A model generated the notes under the pieces. That model worked only from the letters and a program-made list of their open reading frames with translations, did not search any database and was not told where the DNA came from. From Verrucomicrobiota bacterium (GTDB lineage Bacteria > Verrucomicrobiota > Verrucomicrobiia > Limisphaerales > UBA11358), in assembly GCA_036803685.1 (NCBI GenBank), contig DAIRTX010000006.1:3797-67796 (forward strand): 64,000 bases of DNA. The letters run 5' to 3'. This document shows, piece after piece, positions 24,499-34,352 of this stretch (positions are counted from its first letter, which is position 1; each line of letters opens with the position of its first letter). Position numbers and translations under genes: made by a program.

Positions 24499-25385
24499 GG
24501 CGCCATCTTTTGATATTCCAAAACGGCGCGGCCCGTCAGCCGGTCAATGTGAACGATGTTGTAGGAGGAATTGGTGCTGTTGCCGGGCGGATTTTCCGCC
24601 ACGTCGGGCGAGCCTGGATCGGGCGGTATGGGCAGTAAAAAAGCCTTGGTCACCGGGTCTTTCACGACCAACACGCTACCCTTCGCAATCGGGATGTATT
24701 CGTCCCGGCCGGCAACCGTCTGCCCATCAACCGTCAGTTGACCGAGATAATTGAACGCGAGGCAGGGAAAGATCAACGATGTGTTGGTGGCGGTGGGAAA
24801 GGGTATGGCATTGGTGGCAAAGCCGTAGATGTCGTACGATTTAACGGAGTTTATCAAATCGGTGATGATGTAAGGTGGACCAGCCAGCGAATTGGTGAAC
24901 TTCGTCCAAGCGATGAACGTGCCGTCGGGCAGACTTTGCCACGGAGCAAGATAATGCCAGGCGTGTTGTCCCGGCTGGTCGCCCATCGCACCACGAGCGA
25001 TGAAAGTGTAGCCGGTCAATTGCTTGTCGCACAAGTTGGTGACGGCGGTTTGCTGGGCGGGAGCCAGGGTGCTCCACCAAGCGCTGTTGTTCCAGAAATT
25101 CGCCGGCATAAAAACCATATAGACCGTCGTGTGCTGGCTGATGGCCAGTTGGCGCGCGCGGGCGACACCGTCGAGCAACTGGCGCGAGGCGCCGAGGGTG
25201 GCGTCCGACTTGGCGAAATTTTTGAGCACCGGCACGGTCAACGCCGCCATAATGCCGAGGATGGCAATCACCACCAACATCTCGATGAGCGTGAAGGCGG
25301 ACCAGGCAAAGGCTGAAGGCTGAAGGCTGAAGGCTGAAACCTTCTTCCGCGCCGGGCGCGCAAACTTTATTTTAGACTTTAGCAT
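24495..25385 (-). CDS. FimT/GspH-like prepilin
   Basis: WSA|FTLIEMLVVIAILGIMAALTVPVL..ARQLAISQHTTVYMVF, and a C-terminal IDRLTGR motif. Leader has AAGGCTG x4 (25309-25338). Confidence 0.85.
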   Translation of the reverse strand: MLKSKIKFARPARKKVSAFSLQPSAFAWSAFTLIEMLVVIAILGIMAALTVPVLKNFAKSDATLGASRQLLDGVARARQLAISQHTTVYMVFMPANFWNNSAWWSTLAPAQQTAVTNLCDKQLTGYTFIARGAMGDQPGQHAWHYLAPWQSLPDGTFIAWTKFTNSLAGPPYIITDLINSVKSYDIYGFATNAIPFPTATNTSLIFPCLAFNYLGQLTVDGQTVAGRDEYIPIAKGSVLVVKDPVTKAFLLPIPPDPGSPDVAENPPGNSTNSSYNIVHIDRLTGRAVLEYQKMAP

Positions 25386-25406
25386 TTAGCCTTTAGCTTT
25401 TTTTTA

Positions 25407-26336
25407 TTATTGCCAGCTCAGGACGTTGTCCCTGTTTTCACGGTCATCAGCGGGTTCGACGGGATCAATCTTCCGGTTTGGCCCGGCGGACCAGACCATG
25501 ACCTTGCCGTGATATAAGTAATTATCGGCGGTATTATTTGGATTAACCAAACCGTTTAGGCCGGGATTTGAATTCTGGGCGGCGGGAGCAGGAGGAGAAG
25601 ATACCAGGGTCTGACTGTAAAACGCATCCTTGCACTGCTCGTCGTAGCTTAAATCCATGCTGATGACGTAGGGACTGCCCCAGGGGTCCCGATAAACGCC
25701 GGTGATATCCACGCCTCCCGGCGGCTGCGGGTCGGGATTCGACGGGTCATAGCCCGACATTTTGGCATTCAGGAAAATGGTCTGCTGCGGATTTTTGACA
25801 TGGTTAAAATTCACGTTTTGGTGGGTGACGGCATTTGTCGTAACGTCCATCAAAATGGCGATCACTTCGGCGTTGTTGGTCTGATAGTTGTAGGTGGCAG
25901 GATTTTGGACGGTATAAGGGACCGTGGGAGTTTGAAACACGCCGCCATAGGTAAAATCGCCATTAGCCGTCGAGGCCGCGCTTTGCGCCGCGGTGGAAAC
26001 CGGAAAGCGGCCATAGACGGAATCATATTGTTGGATGGCGCCGACAATCTGGCTCATCTCCACCACGGCCTGCTTTTTCTGCGCGCTGATTTTGGCTCTC
26101 GACAACACCGGCAGGAGCAGCGCCGCCAGGATGCCGATGATGGCGATGACCACGAGCAATTCGACGATGGTGAAGGCGGAAGCGTGAAACGTGAAACGTG
26201 AAACGTGACGAGAACGCAGATCGCACGGCGCAGCGTTCGGTTTGCTCTCGACTCCTTGGCGCGGCGAAGCGCAGCGAAGACGGCTCGACGCTCGACTTTC
26301 GTCTGTCTGATAATTTTTCATAGCAATGGTTTTCAT
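25407..26336 (-). CDS. GspG-like prepilin/pseudopilin
   Basis: ASA|[29 protein letters not shown] motif. Leader has CGTGAAA x3.7 (26183-26208). Confidence 0.88.
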   Translation of the reverse strand: MKTIAMKNYQTDESRASSRLRCASPRQGVESKPNAAPCDLRSRHVSRFTFHASAFTIVELLVVIAIIGILAALLLPVLSRAKISAQKKQAVVEMSQIVGAIQQYDSVYGRFPVSTAAQSAASTANGDFTYGGVFQTPTVPYTVQNPATYNYQTNNAEVIAILMDVTTNAVTHQNVNFNHVKNPQQTIFLNAKMSGYDPSNPDPQPPGGVDITGVYRDPWGSPYVISMDLSYDEQCKDAFYSQTLVSSPPAPAAQNSNPGLNGLVNPNNTADNYLYHGKVMVWSAGPNRKIDPVEPADDRENRDNVLSWQ

Positions 26337-26417
26337 GGATTTAAAAAAACAGGGTTGAGGCGGGTGATCGTTTTGTTGCCAGTGGCCGGAACGCGGGCGC
26401 AGCTTGATACTGCCCCT

Positions 26418-26488
26418 GTTCGGAGTTCCGCCTTCAGGCGGTTTGGCTGGACATCCGCATTTGGCCGCCTAAAGGCGGAACTCCAAAC
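26418..26488. repeat. REP-like inverted repeat
   Basis: GGAGTTCCGCCTTCAGGCGG ... CCGCCTAAAGGCGGAACTCC. A related half-copy lies near 58020-58048. Confidence 0.7.
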
Positions 26489-26621
26489 GAAATTGCACGT
26501 TTGCGTGGGGGCAGTACCGGATTGCACCACGATGCGCGGAGACCACGCGCAATCGCGCCAGTCAACGGCGATGGAATATTCGCGGCCGGGTCCAGATTTT
26601 CGCGCAACGCACATAAAAAGT

Positions 26622-27446
26622 TCAGGGCAACGGGCTGTTAATCTGCACTTGTTTGGTCCAGTTGCAGATGAGATTGAGTTTATTGGTCGAGCCAATCGAA
26701 AGCTGGATCCACAACTCATACGAGCCGGGATTGTTGGTCGGGTTCGATGAATTGTAGCGCCAGGGATTTACGTCCGGCTGGCCCAACAACGGCTGGTAGA
26801 TGGCGTCCGGCCCGCCGACGGCGGTGATCAGCAGGTTTACCCCGTTTACCCCAGTGTCGCTGTTTGTAAAATTGTAAACCTGGTTCGGCTTCAAATCCGG
26901 GAGAAAATTCCTGGCCACGGAAGCGTCCTCACCACCAGCAGACTTGCTGCAATTCATAAAGCCATCCACGCCAAACGTCTTGTCCACGACGCTGCTAGCA
27001 GTGCCGCCAGTCAAGGTGGGCAGGCTGCCATCCAAAGATTGATAGACTGGACTGGCTGAGGGGTTAATGTTGGTCGTTCCAGTCAGCTCATAATAAAGCT
27101 GATTTATCAGGGGATTGATGGGATTTTTCTGATTGTCCGGCGGATAAAAGCCATAGGCGGCCTTGTAGCGGTCAATGGCCGTCTCCAACTTCGCCATTTC
27201 CGCCTGGGTGTTGAAAATGTACTGGCGCTTTTTTACCGCGCCCACCACCGGGAAAAGCAGCGCGGCCAAAACACCCATGATGGCGATGACGACGAGCAGT
27301 TCGATCAAAGTGAAAGCGCTGGCATCGGAGGGACGAGTTACACGAGTCCCTAATTTGAAATGATAAAAAGAGCAAGGTTGGGGGCTCGTGTAACTCGCCC
27401 CTCCGAAAATCGACTCTCGACTCTTGACTGTCTGATTAGTTTTCAT
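26622..27446 (-). CDS. GspG-like prepilin/pseudopilin
   Basis: ASA|[43 protein letters not shown] 27446 overlaps the antitoxin stop (ATGA). Confidence 0.88.
   Translation of the reverse strand: MKTNQTVKSRESIFGGASYTSPQPCSFYHFKLGTRVTRPSDASAFTLIELLVVIAIMGVLAALLFPVVGAVKKRQYIFNTQAEMAKLETAIDRYKAAYGFYPPDNQKNPINPLINQLYYELTGTTNINPSASPVYQSLDGSLPTLTGGTASSVVDKTFGVDGFMNCSKSAGGEDASVARNFLPDLKPNQVYNFTNSDTGVNGVNLLITAVGGPDAIYQPLLGQPDVNPWRYNSSNPTNNPGSYELWIQLSIGSTNKLNLICNWTKQVQINSPLP
27325..27406. repeat. Third copy of the GGAGGGACGAGTTACACGAGTCCC inverted-repeat element in a pilin leader
   Basis: Arms at about 27325-27350 and 27380-27406. Internal spacer resembles that of the 24320 copy. Confidence 0.85.
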
Positions 27447-27730
27447 TTTTCGCGCAATTCGTCTTCCATTCTTTCGCTGAGCCATTGCTTGATCATGCTC
27501 TGATAATTCAAATACCGCGACCGGGCGAGCCGCTTGATCCGCGCCAGCATCCGCGGGTCAATCCGCAGCGTGATGGTCACGGACTCGGCGGCTTCCGCGT
27601 TGCCGGCCGTGGCCGCCTCCATCAGGCGCAAGTCCGGCCGGTTCTCCACCCAAAATTCCGCCTCGGCCTCTTCGCTGTCGAAGAGCGGCACCTCTTCCCA
27701 ATTGGCAAAAGTTCGCACAACAAAAATCAC
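27443..27730 (-). CDS. CopG/BrnA-like ribbon-helix-helix antitoxin
   Basis: VPLFDSEEAEAEFW..SVTITLRIDPRMLARIKRLARSRYLNYQSMIKQWLSE. Confidence 0.75.
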   Translation of the reverse strand: MIFVVRTFANWEEVPLFDSEEAEAEFWVENRPDLRLMEAATAGNAEAAESVTITLRIDPRMLARIKRLARSRYLNYQSMIKQWLSERMEDELREK

Positions 27731-27780
27731 GTTTCACGTTTCACGCACCTGTCCTCCATGGCGCGCAGCGCGACGGAGGA

Positions 27781-28077
27781 TCACTTCTCACCGGCATTCA
27801 AAGTCCGGTCCAGTTTCCGCTGATAAAAGAACCGTTCTTCCGGTTCAAAAACGCGGGCGCGCAACACCCGCGCCACCCGGCCGTTGGTCCGATACACGCT
27901 GAAAATTCCGATCCCGCCCGCCGACATTCCCAGGCTGAAAAAGCGCGCCTGCACGCCAAATCGCGGCGAGTCCGGCAACAGCCGAATGGCAAACGGGTCC
28001 TCAAAGGACTCTTCAATTTCCCGCTGAGTCAAAGAACCATCCAACTCAAAGGGCGGATTGTTCCAATCGAACTCCAT
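27781..28077 (-). CDS. BrnT/DUF497-like toxin (divergent)
   Basis: MEFDW..EESFEDP..RFFSLG..RVLRAR..EERFFY pattern, directly upstream of the RHH antitoxin. Confidence 0.65.
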   Translation of the reverse strand: MEFDWNNPPFELDGSLTQREIEESFEDPFAIRLLPDSPRFGVQARFFSLGMSAGGIGIFSVYRTNGRVARVLRARVFEPEERFFYQRKLDRTLNAGEK

Positions 28078-28111
28078 AACGAGTTAGCTGTAAATAAAAC
28101 GCCCATGCACA

Positions 28112-28159
28112 TGCAATGTCTTTACATTGTATTTACGCACAGGCATCACATTTTGTCAA
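28112..28159 (-). promoter_or_regulatory. Putative promoter and operator for the TA-pilin transcript
   Basis: TTGACA on the minus strand (28154-28159). Inverted repeat CAATGT-N4-ACATTG at 28114-28129. Confidence 0.45.
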
Positions 28160-28208
28160 GTTTTTTGCGTCTTTTCCAGAGACAAACGGCCTTTGAGGCG
28201 GTCGCCGG

Positions 28209-29519
28209 TCAGTCACCGCCAGCACCACCACCTTCACCGCTCAGGCTGGTGATCATCTGAATCAGGGGCAGGAACATCGCAATGACGATGCTGCCAACAA
28301 CGACGGCCAGGAAAACAATCATAATGGGTTCCAAAAGCGAGGTCATGGAGGCCACGGCATTGTCCACTTCCTCGTCGTAATTGTCGGAAATTTTCAGAAG
28401 CATTTCCGGCAAGGCGCCGGTTTGTTCGCCGACGTCCACCATGCTGACCACCATGGGCGGGAAAACACCGGAGGCCTCCAGCGGCGCGGTGATGGTTTCG
28501 CCTTCTTTCACGCTTTCATGCACGCCGGCGATGGCGTTGCTGATGATGACGTTGCCGGCGGTTTCCTTGACAATGGTCAGCGCCTGCAAAATGGGAACAC
28601 CGCTGCTGACGAGTGTGCCCAGTGTGCGGGTGAAACGGGCGATGGACACCCGGCTGATGACCGGCCCCAAAACCGGCATTTTGAGTTTGACCTTGTCCCA
28701 GACATAACGCCCGATTTTTGTTTTGATGGCCAACATGAACAAAACCACCACCACCGTCACCGCTCCAACTGTTTGCAGCATGTGGAGTCTGATGGCGTCA
28801 CTGATCGCCAGCACAAACAGGGTGAACCACGGCATCTTGATCTGCATGCCGGCGAAAACCTCCTTGAACTTGGGAACCACCATGACCATCAACAAAATCA
28901 GAATGCCCGCCGCCACGATGAGCACCGCCACCGGATAAAACAGCGCGGCCTTGACCTTGCCTTTGATCTTCTGCGCCTTTTCGGAAAATTCCGCCAGGCG
29001 TTTCAACACCACTTCCAATACGCCGCCCAATTCGCCCGCCTTGATCATGTTCACGAACAAGCGGTTGAAAACTTTTGGATGCTGCGCCAGCGCCTCGGAA
29101 AACGTGCTGCCGCCTTCAATGGACAGCGCCAGTTCGCCGAGAACTTTTTTGAGCACGCCGCTGCGTTCCTGCTTTTCGAGCACGCGCAGTCCGCGCAAGA
29201 GCGGCAGACCCGCGTCCACCAGCGTCGCCAATTGCCGCGTGAACGCGGTCAGAACCTTCGGTTTGACCCTTCCGCCCAACCCCGGGATGGTGATGTTGAG
29301 GTTGAGGGCGCCGCCTTTTTTGCCGCCGGCCCGGGCTGCGGACCGGGTTTTCTTTTGAGATGACTTTTTATACTGACCTTTTTCGGTTTCCACGATTTTG
29401 GTCGGGAACAAGCCCATTTCCTTGACCCGGCCAATGGCCTCGTTCTGGCTGGCGACTTCAACCGTGCCTTTCGTTTCCTTGCCACGGTTGTCCAAAGCGA
29501 CGTAATCGTATTTCGGCAT
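28209..29519 (-). CDS. pilC: Type IV pilus/T2SS platform protein (PilC/GspF)
   Basis: FTRQLATLVDAGLPLLRGL, GELGGVLE, GEQTGALPEML, LLEPIMIVFL motifs. Confidence 0.95.
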   Translation of the reverse strand: MPKYDYVALDNRGKETKGTVEVASQNEAIGRVKEMGLFPTKIVETEKGQYKKSSQKKTRSAARAGGKKGGALNLNITIPGLGGRVKPKVLTAFTRQLATLVDAGLPLLRGLRVLEKQERSGVLKKVLGELALSIEGGSTFSEALAQHPKVFNRLFVNMIKAGELGGVLEVVLKRLAEFSEKAQKIKGKVKAALFYPVAVLIVAAGILILLMVMVVPKFKEVFAGMQIKMPWFTLFVLAISDAIRLHMLQTVGAVTVVVVLFMLAIKTKIGRYVWDKVKLKMPVLGPVISRVSIARFTRTLGTLVSSGVPILQALTIVKETAGNVIISNAIAGVHESVKEGETITAPLEASGVFPPMVVSMVDVGEQTGALPEMLLKISDNYDEEVDNAVASMTSLLEPIMIVFLAVVVGSIVIAMFLPLIQMITSLSGEGGGAGGD

Positions 29520-29552
29520 AACAAATTGGTTCAGCCCCGAACGCGTTCGGGG

Positions 29553-31262
29553 TTACGTGTATTTGACGACTTCCTCGATAGTAGTATCACCTTCAAAGAT
29601 GCTGCGCAAGCCGTCCTCGCGCAGCGGCACCATGCCCAGCTCGATCGCCTTTTGCCGCAACACGATCGTCGGCGCGCGCTCGTTGATCAACACCCGGATC
29701 GCCTCGCTGATGATGAGCAGTTCAAAAATGCCTTTCCGCCCCTTGTAGCCGGTGTCGTTGCACACCGAGCAGCCGCGGCCGTAATGAAAGACCTTGTCGC
29801 CCAAATCGTGCGCCGAAAGATTCAACAGGGCCAGTTGATCATCCGTCGGCTCGAACGGCGTCCGGCAATTCTTGCAAATGGTCCGCACCAGCCGCTGCGC
29901 CAGTACGGCCATCAGCGTCGAAGAAATCAAAAACGGCTCAATGCCCATGTCAATCAGGCGCGTCACCGCGCCCGTCGCGTCATTGGTGTGGAGCGTGCTC
30001 AGGACCAGGTGGCCGGTCAGCGACGCCTGAATGGAAATTTGCGCGGTTTCCAAATCGCGCATTTCACCCACCATGATGATGTCCGGGTCCTGGCGCAAAA
30101 ACGACCGCAACGCCTTGCCAAAGGTCATCCCCACCGCTTCGTTGATGGCGACCTGCATGATGCCTTCGATGTCGTATTCGACCGGGTCCTCGGCGGTGAG
30201 CAATTTGGAATCAATCGTATTGACCCGCCGCATGCAGGAATAAAGCGTCGTCGTTTTGCCCGAGCCGGTGGGCCCCGTCACGATAAGAATTCCATTGGGC
30301 CGCTGAACCGCCTCGGACACATAATCATGCAGGTATTTGGGAAATCCCAGCGTGTCGAGGTCGAGATTGACCGAAGCGCGGTCGAGCACGCGCAACACGA
30401 CGGATTCGCCGAAGAGCGTCGGCAGCGTGGACACGCGAAGGTCAACCTGGCGGTTGGCCACGGTATAACTGATGCGACCGTCCTGCGGCAGCCGCCGCTC
30501 GGAAATGTTCAGGTTCGACATGACTTTCAGGCGCGAAATCACCGGCAAGGCCAGGTGCTTCGGCGGCGGCGCCATTTCATAAAGCGCGCCGTCCACGCGA
30601 TAACGGATGCGAAATTCGGTTTCAAACGGTTCGAAATGAATGTCGCTCGCGCGGTCCTGGATGGCCTGAAACAAGACCAGGTTCACGAACTTCACGATGG
30701 GCGCCTCGTTAGCCAGGCTCTCGACCAGTTTCACATCATCCGACGCACCCGCTTCGCTGACTTCGCGCTCCATTTCCTTGTCGGAACCGAGTTCCTTGAG
30801 GATTTGCGAAAAATCCTCGGTTTCCTCCTGGCCGTAATGACGGTCAACCGCTTTTTCAATTTCGGCGGGATCGGCCACGACCACTTGCACGTCGCGTTTG
30901 CTGGCAAAACCGATTTCATCCGCGTGCGCCGGATCGAGCGGATCGACCAGCGCGACCTGCAAGATCCCATTGTTCAACGCCACCGGCACGCAATGATACA
31001 TCCGCGCGACATTGGCTGGAATCGTTTTCAAAAGGTCGGGCGAAAATTCATGGTCGCGCAGCGAAACGACCTCCGTGCCCAGATTGCTGGCCATCACCTG
31101 CAGGATGTCGTCGAGCTTCATGATCCCGAAATCCTGCAGGAGCTGGAACACCGGCGCGCCGCTGCGCTTGAGTTCGGTGGCGACTTCCTCGTATTGCAGG
31201 TCGTCGATCAGCCCCTGTCCTTTAACGAGGGACAGCAACGGGTTTGAAATCTCTTCCGCCAT
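29553..31262 (-). CDS. pilB: PilB/GspE extension ATPase
   Basis: [41 protein letters not shown], tetra-Cys motif. Confidence 0.93.
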   Translation of the reverse strand: MAEEISNPLLSLVKGQGLIDDLQYEEVATELKRSGAPVFQLLQDFGIMKLDDILQVMASNLGTEVVSLRDHEFSPDLLKTIPANVARMYHCVPVALNNGILQVALVDPLDPAHADEIGFASKRDVQVVVADPAEIEKAVDRHYGQEETEDFSQILKELGSDKEMEREVSEAGASDDVKLVESLANEAPIVKFVNLVLFQAIQDRASDIHFEPFETEFRIRYRVDGALYEMAPPPKHLALPVISRLKVMSNLNISERRLPQDGRISYTVANRQVDLRVSTLPTLFGESVVLRVLDRASVNLDLDTLGFPKYLHDYVSEAVQRPNGILIVTGPTGSGKTTTLYSCMRRVNTIDSKLLTAEDPVEYDIEGIMQVAINEAVGMTFGKALRSFLRQDPDIIMVGEMRDLETAQISIQASLTGHLVLSTLHTNDATGAVTRLIDMGIEPFLISSTLMAVLAQRLVRTICKNCRTPFEPTDDQLALLNLSAHDLGDKVFHYGRGCSVCNDTGYKGRKGIFELLIISEAIRVLINERAPTIVLRQKAIELGMVPLREDGLRSIFEGDTTIEEVVKYT

Positions 31263-31271
31263 GTTACAAAA

Positions 31272-32366
31272 TCATCCTTTGGACCCGGCCTGGGCCAGTT
31301 CCAATTCCTGCAATTTCTGCAGCACCGTCGTCGGGTCTTGCGCCTTGGTGATCACTTCTTCGCGCGCAATTATGCCCTGCTGGTATTTGTCGATCAGAAA
31401 ACTGTCGAGGGTCACCATGCCGAATTTCGCGCCGGTTTGAATGTCCGAATTGAGGCGGAACGTTTTGTTGTCGCGAATCAACGCGGCAATGGACGGGGTG
31501 TTGACCATGATTTCAAAGACCGCCACGCGGCCCGGCTTGTCAATGCGCGGAATCAGCAGTTGCGAAATCACGGCTTGCAGCACGGTGGAAAGCTGGATGC
31601 GAATTTGCTCCTGCTGATTGTTCGGAAAGGCGTTGACAATACGGTCAACCGTCTTGGCCGCGCCCGTCGTGTGCAGCGTGCCGAAGACCAGGTGACCCGT
31701 TTCCGCCGCGGTGATCGCCGCGTCAATCGTTTCCAGGTCGCGCATTTCACCCACGAGAACCACGTCCGGGTCCATGCGCAGCGCGCGGCGCAATCCTTCG
31801 GCAAAATTCGGCACATCCACGCCGATTTCGCGCTGCGTGACCAGCGCTTTTTTGTGTTTGTGGTAATACTCAATCGGGTCTTCGATGGTGATGATGTGCG
31901 CCTCTTCGCGTTCCTCGTTGATGATGTTGATCATCGAAGCGAGCGTGGTCGTCTTGCCGCAACCGGTGGGTCCCGTTACCAGCACCAACCCGCGCGGTTT
32001 ATAGAGCAGTTCCTTTGCGCTCGGCGGAATGCCGATTTCCTCCATCGTCAGCATTTTGGTCGGAATCTGCCGGAGCACGATGCCGAAGTCGCCCTTGGCC
32101 TTGAAGACGCTCACGCGGAACCGCGCCGCGTCGCCAAAGGCAAAACCGAAGTCCGCCCCGCCGCGTTCGCGCACGCTTTGAATGTGTTCCTCCGACGTGA
32201 TGCTGCGCATCAACTCCTCGGAATCCTCCGGTTTGATCACCGGGCCTTCCACGCGGTGCAAAATGCCATGCACGCGAATGGTCGGCGACACGCCCACGCG
32301 AATATGCAGGTCGGACGCTCCTTCGGCCACGACCAACTGCAACAAATCAGACATCGAGTATGACAT
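31272..32366 (-). CDS. pilT: PilT retraction ATPase
   Basis: [55 protein letters not shown]. Confidence 0.95.
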   Translation of the reverse strand: MSYSMSDLLQLVVAEGASDLHIRVGVSPTIRVHGILHRVEGPVIKPEDSEELMRSITSEEHIQSVRERGGADFGFAFGDAARFRVSVFKAKGDFGIVLRQIPTKMLTMEEIGIPPSAKELLYKPRGLVLVTGPTGCGKTTTLASMINIINEEREEAHIITIEDPIEYYHKHKKALVTQREIGVDVPNFAEGLRRALRMDPDVVLVGEMRDLETIDAAITAAETGHLVFGTLHTTGAAKTVDRIVNAFPNNQQEQIRIQLSTVLQAVISQLLIPRIDKPGRVAVFEIMVNTPSIAALIRDNKTFRLNSDIQTGAKFGMVTLDSFLIDKYQQGIIAREEVITKAQDPTTVLQKLQELELAQAGSKG

Positions 32367-32375
32367 AAAAATTCA

Positions 32376-32462
32376 AATGCAGATTGCCGAATGCCGAATG
32401 CAGAAACTTGCTCCACCAGTTGAATCTGGTTTTATTTCTTCATTCTTCATTTTTCATTCTTC
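32376..32462. repeat. Heptamer tandem repeats between pilB paralogue and pilT
   Basis: AATGC(A/C)G x4 and TT(C/T)TTCA x4. Confidence 0.65.
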
Positions 32463-32469
32463 CGTTCCA

Positions 32470-34185
32470 TTACGACTCATCGCCGAGCGTCGAGCGGATG
32501 ACCTCCTCAGCCGTCGTGAGCCCGGCGAGCACCTTGCGGATGCCGTCCTCGCGCAGGGTGCGCATGCCCATTTCGCGGGCGCGTGCGCGCAAAACCGAGG
32601 CGGTCGCCTTGTCGTAAATCAACTTCCGCGTTTCATCGTCAATGACGAATATTTCAAAGATGCCAAAGCGGCTGCGGTAACCCGTGTTCGAGCAATCGTT
32701 GCAGCCGCGGCCCTTCCGGAGCGTGGCGCCCTGCAACTGGTCCGGGGTCAGGCTCAAGGCGCGCATTTCCGCGTCCGTGGGCTGATACGGCTGCGCGCAC
32801 TTTTTGCAGATTCTGCGCACCAGCCGCTGCGCCATGAGGCAGCGCGTGGAAGATGCGACCAGGAAGGGCTTCACGCCAATGTCCATGAGACGCGTGACGG
32901 CGCTCGGCGCGTCATTCGTGTGCAGCGTGGAGAAAACCAGATGACCGGTAAGCGACGCGTTGATGGCGATGGTCGCGGTTTCCAGGTCGCGAATTTCACC
33001 GATCATCACGATGTTCGGCGCCTGGCGGAGAATCGCGCGCAAGGCCGCAGAAAACGTCAGCCCGACGGCCTCGCTCACCTGCACCTGGTTGATGCCGGCC
33101 AGAATGTATTCCACCGGGTCTTCCACCGTGATGATCTTCCGGTCGGGCCGGTTGATGAAGTGCAGGCAGGAATACAGCGTCGTCGTCTTGCCGGAACCGG
33201 TCGGCCCGGTCACCAGCAGGATCCCGTCCGGCAAACCGATGATCCGCTCGAACGTCTGCTGGTCGTCCGTGAAAAACCCGAGTTCCGGCAGCCCCAGCTT
33301 CAACCCTTCCTTGTCCAAAATACGCATCACGATGCTTTCGCCATGATACGTCGGCAGGCAGGACACGCGGAGATCAATCAACTTGGTGCCCACCTTCGAC
33401 TGGATGCGTCCGTCCTGCGGGATGCGGTGCTCGGAGATGGACATGTTCGACTGGATTTTCAGCCGGGTGATGATGGACGCCTGCAACCGCTTCGGCGGCG
33501 CCTTCATCTCCTGCATGACGCCGTCAATGCGGTAACGCAAACGAAACCGCTTGGCCAGCGGCTCCAGATGAATGTCCGACGCCCGCACCTTGAAGGCGTC
33601 CACGATGATCTGGTTCACCAGGCGGATCAGCGGCGCGTCCGCGTCCACCGCCCCACCGTCATCCGCGCCGGGCAGTGTGGCTTCAACGTTATCCTCCGTG
33701 AGTTCCTGGATGACGTCCTTGAAGCGGCTGTCCTCGGCAATGCCCTTTTTTTCCCCACCGTAATATTTGTTGAGCGCGGTTTCGATGTCCGGCTCCGACG
33801 CCACGCGCAGCTCGATTTCCGCGTTGAGCAGATGCGTCAGCGTGTCAATGGTGTTCAGGTCGGACGGGTCGGCAATGGCGACGGCGACCTTGCCCTCGGT
33901 TTTGAAGACGGGCACGACGCGGTATTTTTTGGCGATGTGGCGCGGAATGATGGCGATGACGTCGTCGGGAATCTGTATTCCGGCCAGTTGAACCACTTCC
34001 GCGCCGAATTGCGCGGCCTTGGCCTGGGTCACGTCCTCCGGACGGATGAGCTGGTTGGCCAGCATCAAATCCACCACGCCCACGCCCGAAGCCTGGGCCT
34101 CCGCGCGCGTCTTGGCGACCTGCTCGGCGTTCACCAAGCCAAGGTCCACCAACGAATCCACCAGATAATCGTCTTGTTCAGCCAC
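32470..34185 (-). CDS. pilB: Second PilB/GspE ATPase
   Basis: N-terminal MshEN/T2SSE_N-like region, [33 protein letters not shown], tetra-Cys motif. GTG start. Confidence 0.92.
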   Translation of the reverse strand: MAEQDDYLVDSLVDLGLVNAEQVAKTRAEAQASGVGVVDLMLANQLIRPEDVTQAKAAQFGAEVVQLAGIQIPDDVIAIIPRHIAKKYRVVPVFKTEGKVAVAIADPSDLNTIDTLTHLLNAEIELRVASEPDIETALNKYYGGEKKGIAEDSRFKDVIQELTEDNVEATLPGADDGGAVDADAPLIRLVNQIIVDAFKVRASDIHLEPLAKRFRLRYRIDGVMQEMKAPPKRLQASIITRLKIQSNMSISEHRIPQDGRIQSKVGTKLIDLRVSCLPTYHGESIVMRILDKEGLKLGLPELGFFTDDQQTFERIIGLPDGILLVTGPTGSGKTTTLYSCLHFINRPDRKIITVEDPVEYILAGINQVQVSEAVGLTFSAALRAILRQAPNIVMIGEIRDLETATIAINASLTGHLVFSTLHTNDAPSAVTRLMDIGVKPFLVASSTRCLMAQRLVRRICKKCAQPYQPTDAEMRALSLTPDQLQGATLRKGRGCNDCSNTGYRSRFGIFEIFVIDDETRKLIYDKATASVLRARAREMGMRTLREDGIRKVLAGLTTAEEVIRSTLGDES

Positions 34186-34352
34186 AATACTTTTGCATCA
34201 CACGGTATCACAACGTCCTGCAGAATGCGCGGAGAAGTTACCCATCTAAAACCCCCCATGTCAATGCGGACTGATGATTCCCGGTCTGAATTTTAGTTTT
34301 GCTCCGCCATTTGGGATTGCCATTTCGAGTTGCGTTGACTAGCTCTGTGTTT

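Noticed and set aside
26333-26719. 128-aa ORF between pilins (and 17936-18313, 48963-49445)
   Set aside because: These are read through REP elements, overlap real genes and have no family motifs.
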